NCBI GenBank assembly: GCA_965240325.2
Contig: OZ251223.1
Location: 558,001 to 622,000 of the forward strand
Direction of reading: 5' to 3'
Origin: Rebecca billardiae RCC1528
Taxonomy: Eukaryota > Protista > Haptophyta
Length of the DNA: 64,000 nucleotides
Shown here: positions 34,513-46,102 of the stretch, piece by piece
Layout: every line of letters starts with the position of its first letter
How positions within the stretch are numbered: position 1 is the first letter of the stretch
Translations under genes and position numbers: made by a program
The notes under the pieces: generated by a model
What the model saw: only the letters and a program-made list of their open reading frames with translations
Databases searched by the model: none
Told to the model about the DNA's origin: nothing

Positions 34513-36076
34513 TGGCGGGCCGTAGGTCCGCCCCTTGTAGTGCCCGGGAAAAAGATAAGAAAAAGAAAAAGAAAAAGAAAATCGCCTCGCCAAGAAAAGA
34601 AAATCGCCTCGCTCACTACCGGGCGCCCTCGCAGCTCCCACTGGGGACGCTCGGCCGAAAACAACAGACGGATGGCGCGGAGCGCATGGGCCGCGCGCGC
34701 CAAATCCAATGCCGGCGCGGACATCGCGCGAGGATTCCCGAGACGTGTTTTCGCCCGAATCGCGATTGCTGCCCTCGTCGTCTCGCGTGCAGGTCGAACG
34801 GGGGCTAAATCGACGCGTTTGGAGCGGTACGCTCGGCGCGTCGACACGATCGTGCGACCTGGGGCGATCCTCGCCCGACGTGCACGTCGAAAGCTCGCAC
34901 AGGCCATAGCATCATGCGCTGCGCACGATGACCGCCTCGCGCGATCCACCGTCGCGCGTCGGGCTCGGTGCGAGAAAGCCCTCATCACGAGGCGTCTCGC
35001 GGGCGGGAAGCGCCATCGCACGCGACGCAAGATTTGGCGCGGCCTTCTGAACTCGATCGCCGGAATCCGCGCACCGGACTCAGTCATTGCTCGCGGTCCG
35101 GTCCCTCAGCCGAAGCCCACGTCCGGCCTGCATGGCGTCGACGGTGACCAATGCGACGGAAGCGCAGCGCCAACGGCGTACGACGCGCAGCGGACGCACC
35201 TCCCGGGTCTGTCGCCGTGGCAGCAACCGCGTCATCGCGAGTTGGCGACCCTCGCCGCAGCGCGACACAGACAAGCCCGTGATGCCATCCGCAGAGAGAT
35301 GAAAGGTCGAGCATGCAACATCGCCGCGCCATCCTCGTCCATGGCGCAGGCGCTGCGGGACGAGGCGGAAGTCGTCACGCCGGTGACGGATGCGCTGCGG
35401 TTCGTGTGCCCGCGTGAGCAGCGCTTACCTACTCTCGATCGCGAGGCACACGCTGTCGCTGTGCGCGCGCGCGCGCACAACCAACAGCTCCTCGTGCCGC
35501 CGAGCACGCGGGCGCCAGACCTGTCGAAGATGCGAAGAGCGACGACCGCGTGAACGTCAACGCGCTCGTGCTCAGCGTGGCGGCCGTGTACGACGTTAAC
35601 GCGACCTGCGCCGAGCCCATCGTGCCTGGAGCGGACATCGGCAAGCATCCTCGCGGCGACCGCTCTCCGTCTCGGCTGGCGGCAGGAGGACATGCACATG
35701 ATCTACTCTGGCGGCTTCGTCGGCGGCGCGGCGCTCGATTACGCCATCGCGGTCGAGATGTGGCACATACAGCGCGTACCCGCGCTCGCGCGGAGCAACG
35801 GGCTACCCCGCGTCCCGCCCCGCGTGCTGCACATTCCCTCGTGGGTGTGGGCCTCGCTGATGCGCATACTAGAGTACAGACTTAGAGACTTGTATGTACA
35901 CAATAACACGTTCTGACAGGGGAGCCAACTGTTCACGTCGTGTCACTGGTCCTTGCACTCGACTGTCCGTCACCCACGGCCACGAGCGAATGTGGAAAGA
36001 CGCGAACCCGCAGAGGATACATTGCGACAGCACTGGCACGGCCCGCCGACCCCCCCGCCCGCCAGGGCAGAGTTTT
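34513..36076 (+). mobile_element. Helentron/HINE-like non-autonomous element, family 1, copy 1 (degenerate coding cargo)
   Basis: Homologous over ~1.5 kb to 42945-44450. 5' hairpin GGCGGGCC-GTA-GGTCCGCC, then (GAAAAA)n. Asymmetric IR ACGGCCCGCC at 36038-36047. Ends GCCC-GCCA-GGGC-AGAGTTTT. T^T junction with no clear TSD. Confidence 0.65.
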
Positions 36077-38214
36077 TTAGGGTGGCGCGGAGCCTTTTTC
36101 TCGGACCCCGCTCGAAAATCGAGCTCCGACGCCTTCGGACGCTCAGAGCTCGGTTCCGCTCGTCCAGCGCGAGCGGCCGGAGGCAGTGGACCGCCGCGCG
36201 CTCGCGACCTTTGAGACGCCGAGATGGTCTCGGGTGCGCGCGCGCGTGACGCTGGTGGGCGCTACTGACCCGTGCCTTTGCGCCACCAGCGGCTCACCAC
36301 CCGCTTCTTGGCCACCTCGCGCCGTGCGCGGCGCGCGTCGGCCGGCTTGAATTGGCGCGCTGCGTGCCGCCCGTCACGCTACCGCTCGGTGTGGGTCATG
36401 ATCAACTCGGAGTGGTGAGATCGGTGCTCGGAGCAGGTGTCTAGGTATGTATGTGCATGGTCAACTCGCCTAACCTGCCCTACTGCGCCGGAATCGCCGT
36501 CAGCAGACCGGCGCGAGCTCGCGCGCAACACCTCCGCGGAGCTCGCAACTGTCATGTTCCGCTTGTAGGGCCCGTGTTTGCACCTGCCGTGGCACTTGCG
36601 ATGGTCAGTACGTTGGGTATGGGTCACGTGTGCCCTCTGATGGCGTCTGGGCGCCTCCCATTCGCCTCTCAGGACGTCGCGGACGTGCTCGCAGGCAGCG
36701 GTTGGCTCATTCGACAGGTCCGACGTGCACTCGACCGTGCCTGCAAGCGCGCCCCTGTGACGCTCATGCCTGCAGAAGCAGATGCAGATGGGCCCTCATG
36801 CACCCTGGTGCGCCCAAGACCGGCGGGAGCGTCAGAGACCGTCTCAATCTTGACACCTTGCACACGCCGGCGCGTGCCGTTGGGCTCCGCGCAGCCAGCC
36901 AGGAGCGCCGAACAGCGCCGGATCAGCCTCTGTAGGCCGAATATCCGCCCCTAAGCCCAGAAATAGCGCGGAACAGGGTAGTGCGTACCTATATGGACCG
37001 ATCCCATCCAGCCTGGTTTGGTGCAGACACGCCAGCCACCGCCTGGAGCAGACGTTTGCTGCCGAATCGCATGCTCGGCACTGTGCCGCACTGCGACGAC
37101 GACAGATTTGACCTGCCTCGTAGGTCTCGGCCAGGGAGCGGTGACGGTTGGCTCGAGTGACTTTAAACCTTGACTATGACCGAGAGCACTCCCGGGCTGA
37201 GGACGTGGGGCCGGTGCTTTGGGTCTACTATGTCTGCAATACGCCGTACGCGTGGCCGTATACACAGTCTGAAAACGTATCTCGCAGCTCGAGATCAGAC
37301 GAGACTGTATTCATCAGCATGGCGCCTATATACACGGTGGGTATGTAACGACCGGTGGCTTCTAGGAAACTACATATTTGACAGCCTGCCAGTACACAGC
37401 CTATATCGCATGTTGGGACCTGCTGCTGCTGGGAACTCAGAACGATCTCGCTGAGATGCTCTATCAAAGTGAGGTCGACATGGTCTATATGTCACATATA
37501 GGACGACCGTTACATGCCGTTTCCAATAAGTTCAGGCTCATTCTAATAAGTAAATATGCTAGCCGTTACGCCCTATATTCAGGGTATGTGCACCTGAATT
37601 TTTTACATGGCCGGCCCAGACCCCTCCAGAGGGCAAATGATCCAGCCTGAAATCAGCTCTAAACACTTGCTAGGACCCGCGCTCGTGGCCGTCAGTAATA
37701 ACGCTACAGTGCCACTTTGGCCCCCCTACTACAGTCTCTCCGTCTGAGTGCACGGTCCGCAACCGCAGGTCCCCGGCCCGCCGCAGGAGTCCGCGCCTGC
37801 GGACTTATACTCAGTCAGCTCCGACTGATTCTCAGTGACACTATTGACTATATATATACTTGTGGCCCGCTCAGACTAATCACTCCGGGACGGTAAGTTC
37901 ATTTATTACGGACTGCTATTAATTAAGTATATTGATGGCGCACGGCCCTGACGCCCCGAAAGGTCACTTGAGCGTGAGCGAAAGACCGGGGGGGGGGGGG
38001 GGGGCGTGCGCCATAATTCCGAAGTCTCAGCGTCTCTCTTAAGAAGCCGCCGGCTCTGCCACGGAATCGACTCAGTCCGAGTACTGTAGCGGTCGGGCAG
38101 TGCCCATGCCCGGTCAGGCGCGTCACACCGAGGCCGTTCCACCGGGCGGACCGGAAGCGTGTTCTGCAAGATGGCGTGAGCACGCTGCCGCGCGAGCGCA
38201 AGCGGCGACGGACG

Positions 38215-39605
38215 TCACTTCTTGAGGCGCTTGTGCACATGTGTGGGCAGTGCCAGGATGGGCACCTCAGGCTCCTGCCGCGCGCGCGCGCGCGTGGTCG
38301 TGGGCACATGCGCGTGAGGGAGGGCGATAGCTGACGGGGGCTGGTCGCGCGCTCCCGTCGCCCGGGCGCGGCCGCACACCTCCATGCTGAACACCGCCTG
38401 GAGCGTGCCGGCGCCGGTTGGCCGCCCCTCGGGCACGGGCAGCATGGAGAGGTCGACAGTGCCTCGCGCGCGCTTTGCACCGCGCGAGAGCGAGTCGACG
38501 GGTGTGGTCGCCGCGCAGAACATCCAGACGTCGTTCGCGTGGATGAACATGTCCTCGAGCACGCCCGAGCTGCGCAGGATCTGAAGCTGCCGGGGGGTTG
38601 ACAGCGGCGTCGGCAGCGGCGCCGTCGTCGTCAGCCACGGGTGCGCCAACGCGCTGTGTGCGCTTGCTCGCAGCTGCGGATCGATCTGCAGGAGCGAGCG
38701 GATGAAGTCCTGGGCGATCGGCGAGATGCCCTGCCACAACGTGCCCGGGAAGGTGAGCTCGAAGGTGGAGGCCGTGTAATTGGACGGGTCGAAGGGCATG
38801 CACCCTGCGGCACGCACGCGCGCAGCCGCGCGGGGGCCAGTCAGCGGCGGCCCAGGACACGACCGGCGGGAATCGGCCGCCCTCGGCCGAATGGAAGGGG
38901 GAGCCGCCGTCAGCCGGCGCGGCGCGCACCGGAGAGGAGCACGTAGGCCACGACACCCGCGGACCACAGGTCGCATTGTCTTTCGTACAGCTGCTGGCGC
39001 ACCTGCTCGGGCGCCGCGTAGCCCAGCGAGCCGCAGGGCGTCGTCGCGTACAGCGGCATCGACGACGGCGCGCCGGCGCTGTGCGCGATGCGTTTTGCGG
39101 CGCCAAAGTCCGCAATGCGCAGGTGCGGCGAGTCCGCGGATGAGTCGAGCAGCAGGTTTTCCGGCTTGATGTCGCGGTGTATGATCCCACGATCGTGCAG
39201 GTGCACCAACGCGCTGAGCAGCTGCCGCATCAGCCGCGACGCCTCGCGCTCGAGGAAGCTCTCGCGCTCGATGATCGCCTCAAAGAGCTCGCCGCCGCGC
39301 TGCAGGTCCATGATCAGCACGTGGTACTTGCCGAGCACGAGGCTGCCGTGTAGCCTGCAGACGTTCGGATGCGATAGCTCGCCCCACAGCTCCACCTCCG
39401 TCTTGAGCTGGCCCCTGGCCCAAACGCCCATGGGCTCCGTGTTGATCACCTTGGCGGCAAGCTTGTCGTGCGGCTGCACGCTCCGCACGATCTCGTAGAC
39501 GACGGCGAACTTCCCGCGGCCGAGCTGCCGGGTGAGCTCCCATGGAACGCCGTCCCAAGTGATCGTATTGAACGGCGGCGGCGAGGGCGTCTGGCCCTGC
39601 GCCAT
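38215..39605 (-). CDS. CAMK-group Ser/Thr protein kinase. Exons 39605-38930, 38804-38380, 38274-38215
   Basis: Motifs LGRGKFAVV, AAKVI, HRDIKPENLL, DFG, CGSLGYAAPE, DLWSAGVV. The GT-AG intron gives LSGCMPF. Confidence 0.93.
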
Positions 39606-39730
39606 GAGGAGGCGTGGGCCGCGCAGCCGCTCTTACCCACCCCTTCCCAACCAATACCGGTTGGAGCTCCTTTTTTTACAATTCCCCTTTATAACGGGCT
39701 CCGGGTGCCAACCATCGGTTACGACGACTC

Positions 39731-39836
39731 CCTCACCCGCGGCCAACGCGCTCCAGCGACATCCTCCATTAACTCCATTCAGTACTTCGACAGACGAATC
39801 AGGAGAGCTGCGCCCTCGTGCCTGTGTCTTTAAATC
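39731..39836. repeat. Dispersed repeat, also at 63892-64000
   Basis: Shared CCTCACCC.CGGCCAACGCGCTCC...GACATCCTCC...GTACTTCGACAG...GGAGAGCTGC.CCCTCGTGCCTGTGT.TTTAAAT. Confidence 0.85.
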
Positions 39837-39844
39837 ATAGAATT

Positions 39845-40582
39845 GGTCCAGACCTCAGGATTTGGGAAACTCGGAAATTCAAAACCCGCCGCGTGCGCCG
39901 CGTGCGCCGCCACAGCCATCCGCCGCGAGGCGCCGCCGGCTGCCGCGCCGCCGCGGTCGTAGACGTGCACGCGGCGATGGCGCACGCCGTCGGGCAGAGG
40001 CATAGAGCCTTTCTGCGCCGCCCTGCGCCGGGCGACTCGCGTCTGCCCATCTTCTCCGCGCCTTGAGCCCGCACGGACGTGTGCGCCGCCTCTCACTTCA
40101 GCCGTGCTGTCATCCCCGCAAAGTATGCGCGCGCTGAGAGCAACCCGAGGCGCGCATCCCAGGAAGGCGTGAGCCATGTTACAGTACGGTCGTAGGCGCG
40201 CGCCATGGTGCCCAGCGGCTTCCCGCGCGTGCGTGCCTCTCTGCTGCCTCGGCAGGCAAGGCGCCCATGTCTCTGGCTGAACGTGGCGGCGGCGCAAGCT
40301 CGCGCTCGCGCGGGCCTCAAGCTGACCTTCCAGGTGCGAGGGCGCGAAGCGCTGCGCCACGCGCAAGCTACAGTAGTTCACCGCCTCGCTACCGCCCCGC
40401 TGCGTCCCATCGGAAGCTCTACTGGACATCGCGCGGCCTCGCCCTGGCGGCGGTAGGCGCGAGCGAGGTGGCGGGCGGCGGCGGCGTTCAACTGAGTCCG
40501 GGAGCGCGGCGCCAAAATTTCCATCCGGAAACCCACCTGGGGTGGGTTTTGGTTTTGGCTGGCAAATCCCGAGGTCTGGACC
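39845..40582. mobile_element. Putative MITE with 20-bp TIRs
   Basis: GGTCCAGACCTCAGGATTTG (39845-39864) pairs with CAAATCCCGAGGTCTGGACC (40563-40582), 1 mismatch. No TSD identified. Confidence 0.6.
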
Positions 40583-41176
40583 GGTTGGCAGGCTGGCGGC
40601 CGAAGCCTCCAGCCCTACTGACCTTGGGCAGCAGCCATACATGCAGGCCAGCATGAGCGGTGGGGTGGCATCAGTGCCGGCCCCGGCCCGCAAACGCAAA
40701 CAGCCGGACGCCCCGGCCCACACAGCTGATGCGCCAGCAAACCCTGCTCCGGGCCACAGAACCCTGCCGCCGGCTTTGAGGCCGACTCGCCACACTGGGG
40801 CACATATCACCTGAGGGCCAGGCCTTCTGTGTGATGAGCTACCCCAGTCATGCCGCTTGATACACACCTTCCCCAACCGACAGTGGGGCTCTAAATTCCC
40901 TACTACATCCTCATTCTGTCGGCGCGCTGTCGCATCGGCGCCCAGTCGGCGAGTTCGGACGACGACGTTTTGTGGACGACGGTGGGGCGAGGACGACGGG
41001 CGCTGGCGCGCCGCGAGGCGGCCGCAGCCCTCATCCAGGCCTCGCAGGCGGACGGCTGAACGAATTTTTCCGGCGGCGCTACCATCGGCGACGGCTTCAT
41101 GGGCGGTGACAGTTGGCGGGCGTCAATCTCGCCTGCCTGAGCTGTGTGCGTCTCTTGTTCTTAGTAAACTGTACCG

Positions 41177-41328
41177 GCTGGCCAGCCCCCAACCAACCAC
41201 CACCCTCACCCAACCTCAAACCACTGACCGAGACACCTAGTGTCTTGGCACCACTCCACTGTGGACAGCCCGCCTCCAGAGGGGGCGGGGGTATGCCATT
41301 GCCAACAGCATACGAGCCCAACACTGTG
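41177..41328 (-). repeat. Structured dispersed repeat fragment linking the 2065-2143 and 42240-42290 segments
   Basis: Contains both CTGGCCAGCCCCCAACCAACC...AAACCACTGAC and CACCACTCCACTGTGG...CACTGTG. Confidence 0.8.
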
Positions 41329-42165
41329 GGGCTCCGCTGCGCAACTTTGGCTGGAAACCTGTATTTCTAGCCTGTCGAGTCGTCGTCGTCCTCCGGAGAG
41401 CGGTCGCGGTCGGGGAGTGGGCTTCGTCGTCACTCGACCGGCAGCCAGCTGACAAGACTGGCAGCCCGACAGATGCGTCTAATGTACAAGTAACAGACGA
41501 TGTTGTGTCGGCGCAGCATAGCTGAGCATCCTGCGTCGTCACGGCCGTGACGCACACCGAATTCACAGAGCAGCATGGTTTGTGGTGGCCATTCTGCCCG
41601 CGTGTGTGAACAGTGAATGAGTCGGTTGTGCAACGCGGCCTTGCGCTCTCGTGAGACGCTTGCGCAGCCCGAGTTCGATCCGTCTCGCGCGCGACAAGCG
41701 TCGCGTGCTGGTCATCCGTGCATGAAGGCAAGGCATTCGACGGTCGGTTGCGCGGGCGCGCGGCGCGCGGGCGCGACGGTCAGTGTCACCCGGTCACGAG
41801 CCGTCCTTGCGCGAGTGCTTTTCGGGCATCCTGCCGCGATGTCGCGCACGCTCACGCTCGCTGTTGGCGCGGCAATACGCCTCGAGCTCGGCCGGTGTGC
41901 TGCTGCGCTTCCAGCGGCGTTGCGATCGCTCGTTTGCGCCCGTGCGGGTGGGTGCGATCGAGCGACCGCGCGCGTCGAGCGAACCGGTAGATACGGCCCC
42001 CACGTTCGCAAAGCTCAATATAAAGCTGCAACGATCGATAATCAGAGCGGGTACTTGCACTATCCGCACACGGCAGCGAGCGCGTATTGATGCGGTCGAT
42101 CTCTTCCATCAGCGATTCAGCGAGCGACTTTCGCATGGGCGGGTAGGCATTTGCGCCTATATGTA

Positions 42166-42290
42166 TTATAAATTCCCGTTTATAACGGGCTCCGGGTGAT
42201 CAGACTGGCGGCCGTGAGCCCGAAGCCTCCAGCCCTACCCTGGCCAGCCCCCAACCAACCACCACCCTCACCCAACCTCAAACCACTGAC
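42166..42290 (-). repeat. Structured dispersed repeat, 3'-terminal fragment
   Basis: TTATAAATTCCCGTTTATAACGGGCTCCGGGTGATCAGACTGGCGGCCG...CCAGCCCTACCCTGGCCAGCCC matches 60279-60355. Confidence 0.85.
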
Positions 42291-42639
42291 GTATCCACGC
42301 ACGATTTTTTCTTGTCCCTCATGGCTCATATATATATCATCATCGTCATCATAATGGTCGTTAAATATATCAGCATCATCGCGAGCCCCGCTCGCATTGG
42401 TGTTCGGTAAGAACAACCAATGCGAGCGGAGCGAGTTTTCCGGTAGGACACGCGTAGTCCGGTGATTCCTACAAGATTGATGGCCTTCCAATAAGTATCC
42501 CACGGAATACAGTTTAATAGTCAGATCCCAATTGGTGCCAACGGTTTTCCGTGCAAAGTGAGGGTACCGACCGGGTGGTACCGCATCGCAAGTTTTGTTG
42601 TAAGTAATGAACACGGACCGGTACATCAGTAAGTAAGTC

Positions 42640-42945
42640 GTGCACCCCTCCTTTCATCTGTATTCGGAGTGTTGCAGCACGGTGGTGGTGCACCCTTTCA
42701 TCTGTATTCGGAGTGGTGCAGCAGACGCAGTGGTGGTGCATCAACCCTCCTTTCATCATCTGTATTATTTGGAGTGGTGCACGGAGTGTGGTGCATGCAC
42801 CCCTCCTTTCATCTGTATGGTATCATCCGGAGTGGTGCAGCAGTGGTGGTGCACCCAACAAGTGCACCCCTCCTTCATCGTCTGATGTATTATTCGGAGT
42901 GGTGCAGCAGTGGTGGTGCATCAACCCTCCTTTCATCTACTGTAT
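42640..42945. repeat. Hairpin minisatellite array 1, left part (~45-70 bp units)
   Basis: Units of TGCACCCCTCC-TTTCATCTGTATTC-GGAGTGGTGCA-GCAGTGGT. Confidence 0.9.
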
Positions 42946-44450
42946 GGCGGGCCGTAGGTCCGCCCCTTGTAGTGCCCGGGAAAAAGATAAGAAAAAGAAA
43001 AAGAAAAAATAAAATCGCCTCGCAGAGAAAAGAAAATCGCCTCGCTCACTGCCGGGTCGCTTCGCTCACTACCGGGCGCCCTCGCAGCTCCCACTGGGGA
43101 CGCTCGGCCGAAAACACAGTACCGGGTGGCGCGGAGCGCATGGGTGGCGCGCGCCAAATCCAACGCCGGCGCGGTCATCGCGAGAGGACTCCCGAGGGGG
43201 GTTTTCGCCCGATTCGCGATTGCTGCCCTTGTCGTCTCGCGTGCAGGTCGAACGAGGGCCAAAGTCGACGCATTTGGAGGCACGCTCGGCGCGTCGACAC
43301 GATCGTGCGACCTGGGGCGGTCCTCGCCCGACTTGCACGTCGAGCGCTCGCACCGGCCATAGTAGCAAGCGCTGCGCACGATGACCGCCTCGCCCGATTC
43401 ACCGCCGCGCGTCGGGCTCGGTGCGGAAAGGCCCTCATCACGAGGCGTCTCGCGGGCGGGAAGCAAGCTTTGGCGCGGCCTTCTGAACTCGATCGCCGGA
43501 ACTGGGCGCACCGGACTGTCGCGTGCCACAACTTGTCAAAGCCGGGCGCATGCAAATCCGTTTGCTACAGCTGTACCAGTTCCCGGCCAAGCCGAAGGGC
43601 CGGCCCTTGTCCCGGCGATCATCTTTCGCGATCGCGGCCAAAGATCGCTCGGCGCTCGCGGTCCCTCACAGCCGAAAGCCCACGTCCGGCCTTCAGCATG
43701 GCGCCGACGGTGACCAATGCGACGGAGGCGCAGCGAAAAGCGGCGTACGAGGCGCAGCGAACGCAGCTGCCGTGTCTGTCGCCGTGGCAGGAACCGCGTC
43801 TTGGCGAGTCGGCGGCCCTCGTCGCACAGCGCTACACTATGACCGATCCCAGAGGCGCATCCGCCACGAGCTGAAACGCCGAGCGTGCAACATTGTCGCC
43901 CCATCCTCCACCATGTCACGAGCGCTGCGGGACGAGGCCGACGTCGTGAAGCCAGTGGCACATGCGCTGCGCTTCCTGTGCCTGCTCGAGCAGCGCGTGC
44001 CCACCCTCGATCGCGAGTGGCACACGCTCTCGCACTGCGCGCGCGCGCACCGCCGACAGCTCCTGATACCGCCGAACGTGCGGGTGCCGGACCTGTCGCG
44101 CGAAGCGGCGAGCGCCGACGAGCGCTTGGTCCTGGACGCGTTGTTGCGCAGCGTGGCGGCCGTGCACGACGCCGACGCGACCTTCGCCGAGCCCATCGTG
44201 CCCGGAGCGGACATCGGCATCCTCGCGACACACGATCTCAGCTGGCGGCAGGAGGAGATGCTGTCGCGTTATTATTCGTCAGTGAGTCAGGTAGCTCACC
44301 ATCATCTGATCATTTATTCATCTGTGTGTCGCATTGTTATTCGTCATCCTGCCCGTCAAACCGCTAAATAAAAGGCGCGAACCCGCTGGGGAAATATTGC
44401 GACAGCACTGGCACGGCCCGCCGACCCCCCCGCCCGCCAGGGCAGAGTTT
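42945..44450 (+). mobile_element. Helentron/HINE-like element, family 1, copy 2, inserted in minisatellite 1
   Basis: Same termini as 34513-36076. The flanks rejoin into an intact satellite unit (CTGTAT^TATTTGGAG). Confidence 0.7.
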
Positions 44451-44825
44451 TATTTGGAGTGGTGCACGGAGTGCGGTGCTGGTGCACCCCTCCTTTCATC
44501 TGTATCATCCGGAGTGGTGCAGCAGTCGTGGTGCACCCGACAAGTGCACCCCTCCTTTCATCGTCTGATGTATTATTCGGTGTGGTGCAGCAGTGGTGAT
44601 GCATCAACCCTCCTTTCATCTGTATTTGGAGTGGTGCACGGAGTGCGGTGCTGGTGCACCCCTCCTTTCATCTGTATCATCCGGAGTGGTGCAGCAGTGG
44701 TCGTGCACCCAACAAGTGCACCCCTCCTTTCATCGTCTGATGTATTATTCGGAGTGGTGCAGCAGTGGTGGTGCAACTTTGGTGCAACCCTCCTTTCACC
44801 TGTATTATTTGCCGAGTGGTGCACG
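44451..44825. repeat. Hairpin minisatellite array 1, right part
   Basis: Same unit as 42640-42945, with a higher-order period of ~170 bp. Confidence 0.9.
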
Positions 44826-45576
44826 GATGAGCAACTCATTACTCGCATAGCGTGCACTGCTCTCTACCTGCTCAACGGACCGGAACCGGCACGTTCCGGA
44901 CCTGTGCCGCCGCGTTGACGCGGCGCCTGCTTCGCGAGGCGCACGCTCCTGCGACCGCGGACACCCCAGTGGAGGCGGCGCGTGGTTAGTGCCGATGCGC
45001 ATGCGGCATAGTGACGACTGACGAGTGCCCCTCATACGTGAATTCCGCCCCGGCTGTCCTTCCGACCCCCGCGCCGCGACCGCCGCTCCTCGCCCCCCGC
45101 GCGCGTTTCTGTGAAACGCTTATTAGTGTTTGCTGCCTGAGGCTGCTTCGCGCAGTGCTGCTTCCTCCTTCAGACAGCAGCTCGACGGAAGGAGGAAGCA
45201 GCAGCTTCAGAAGCTGCTGCATCGTACGTCAATCTCGCCCCTGCCGCCCGACTGATCCAAGCGCCAACCGCAGCCGCGCGCACCGCACGCGTGCGGGCGG
45301 GCCTTCAAGCCTAGTGTCGGGCTGCTTCCTCCTTCAGGCGTTGTGGTGGTGATGGTGGTGGCGGTGGTGGCGGCGGTGGAAGTAGTAGGTGGTGGTGGTC
45401 GGAACAGCTTGATGGCGGTAGACTGGCGTTGTAGTGGTAGGACAGTACTCAGTAGTAGCAGATGGTGGTGGTGCTGACTGCCATGAGCTCACATCATGCT
45501 CGGTCAGCTCGGTACACGACAATCGTCGCATGATGCGCATCATGCTGTCAGCTCGGTACATCGCATGATCGATGTG

Positions 45577-46102
45577 CATGCGCGCAGTACCATACGATGC
45601 AGTACCATACCATACCATGCAGCACCATACCATGCGCACAGCAGTACCATACCATGCGCGCAGCAGACGCAGTACCTGCATACCATGATACAGTTTACTA
45701 TGATTTAACGTGCACACTTGGTTAAGGTTAGTGATTAACGCCATCCAACATAGTACCATCATGCAGTACCATACCATGCAGTACCAAGTACCATGCGCAC
45801 AGCAGTACCATACCATGATGCCACGGTACCATACCATGCGCACAGCAGTACCATGCCATGATGCAGTACCATACTACTGCCATGCGCACAGCAGTACCAT
45901 ACCATACAGTACCATGCAGTACCATACCATGCGCGCAGCAGCACCATACCGGTACCATGCGCACAGCATTACCATGTACATACCATACAGTACCGTGCAG
46001 TGACCATACCACTTGTGCGTGCACTGCAGCACCATTAGGTCACCGTACGTACCATGCGCACAGCAGAACCATACCATACAGTACCATCATGCAATACCAT
46101 AT
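45577..46102. repeat. Minisatellite array 2, left part
   Basis: Variants of CATGCAGTACCATACCATGCGCACAGCAGTACCATAC. Confidence 0.9.

Larger units (their letters stand above)
39671..40625 (-). mobile_element. A-tailed structured repeat copy interrupted by nested insertions
   Basis: On the minus strand, GTAGGGCTGGAGGCTTCGGCCGCCAG (40620-40593) resumes as CACCCGGAGCCCGTTATAAAGGGGAATTGTAAAAAAA (39707-39671). These two parts are contiguous in the other copies. Confidence 0.6.

Noticed and set aside
36077-36082. TTAGGG as a telomeric repeat
   Set aside because: It is a single hexamer only.
45334-46077. Cys/Trp/Tyr/His-rich ORFs (also at 42514-43012, 44334-44918 and 48215-48860)
   Set aside because: They are translations of minisatellite sequence.
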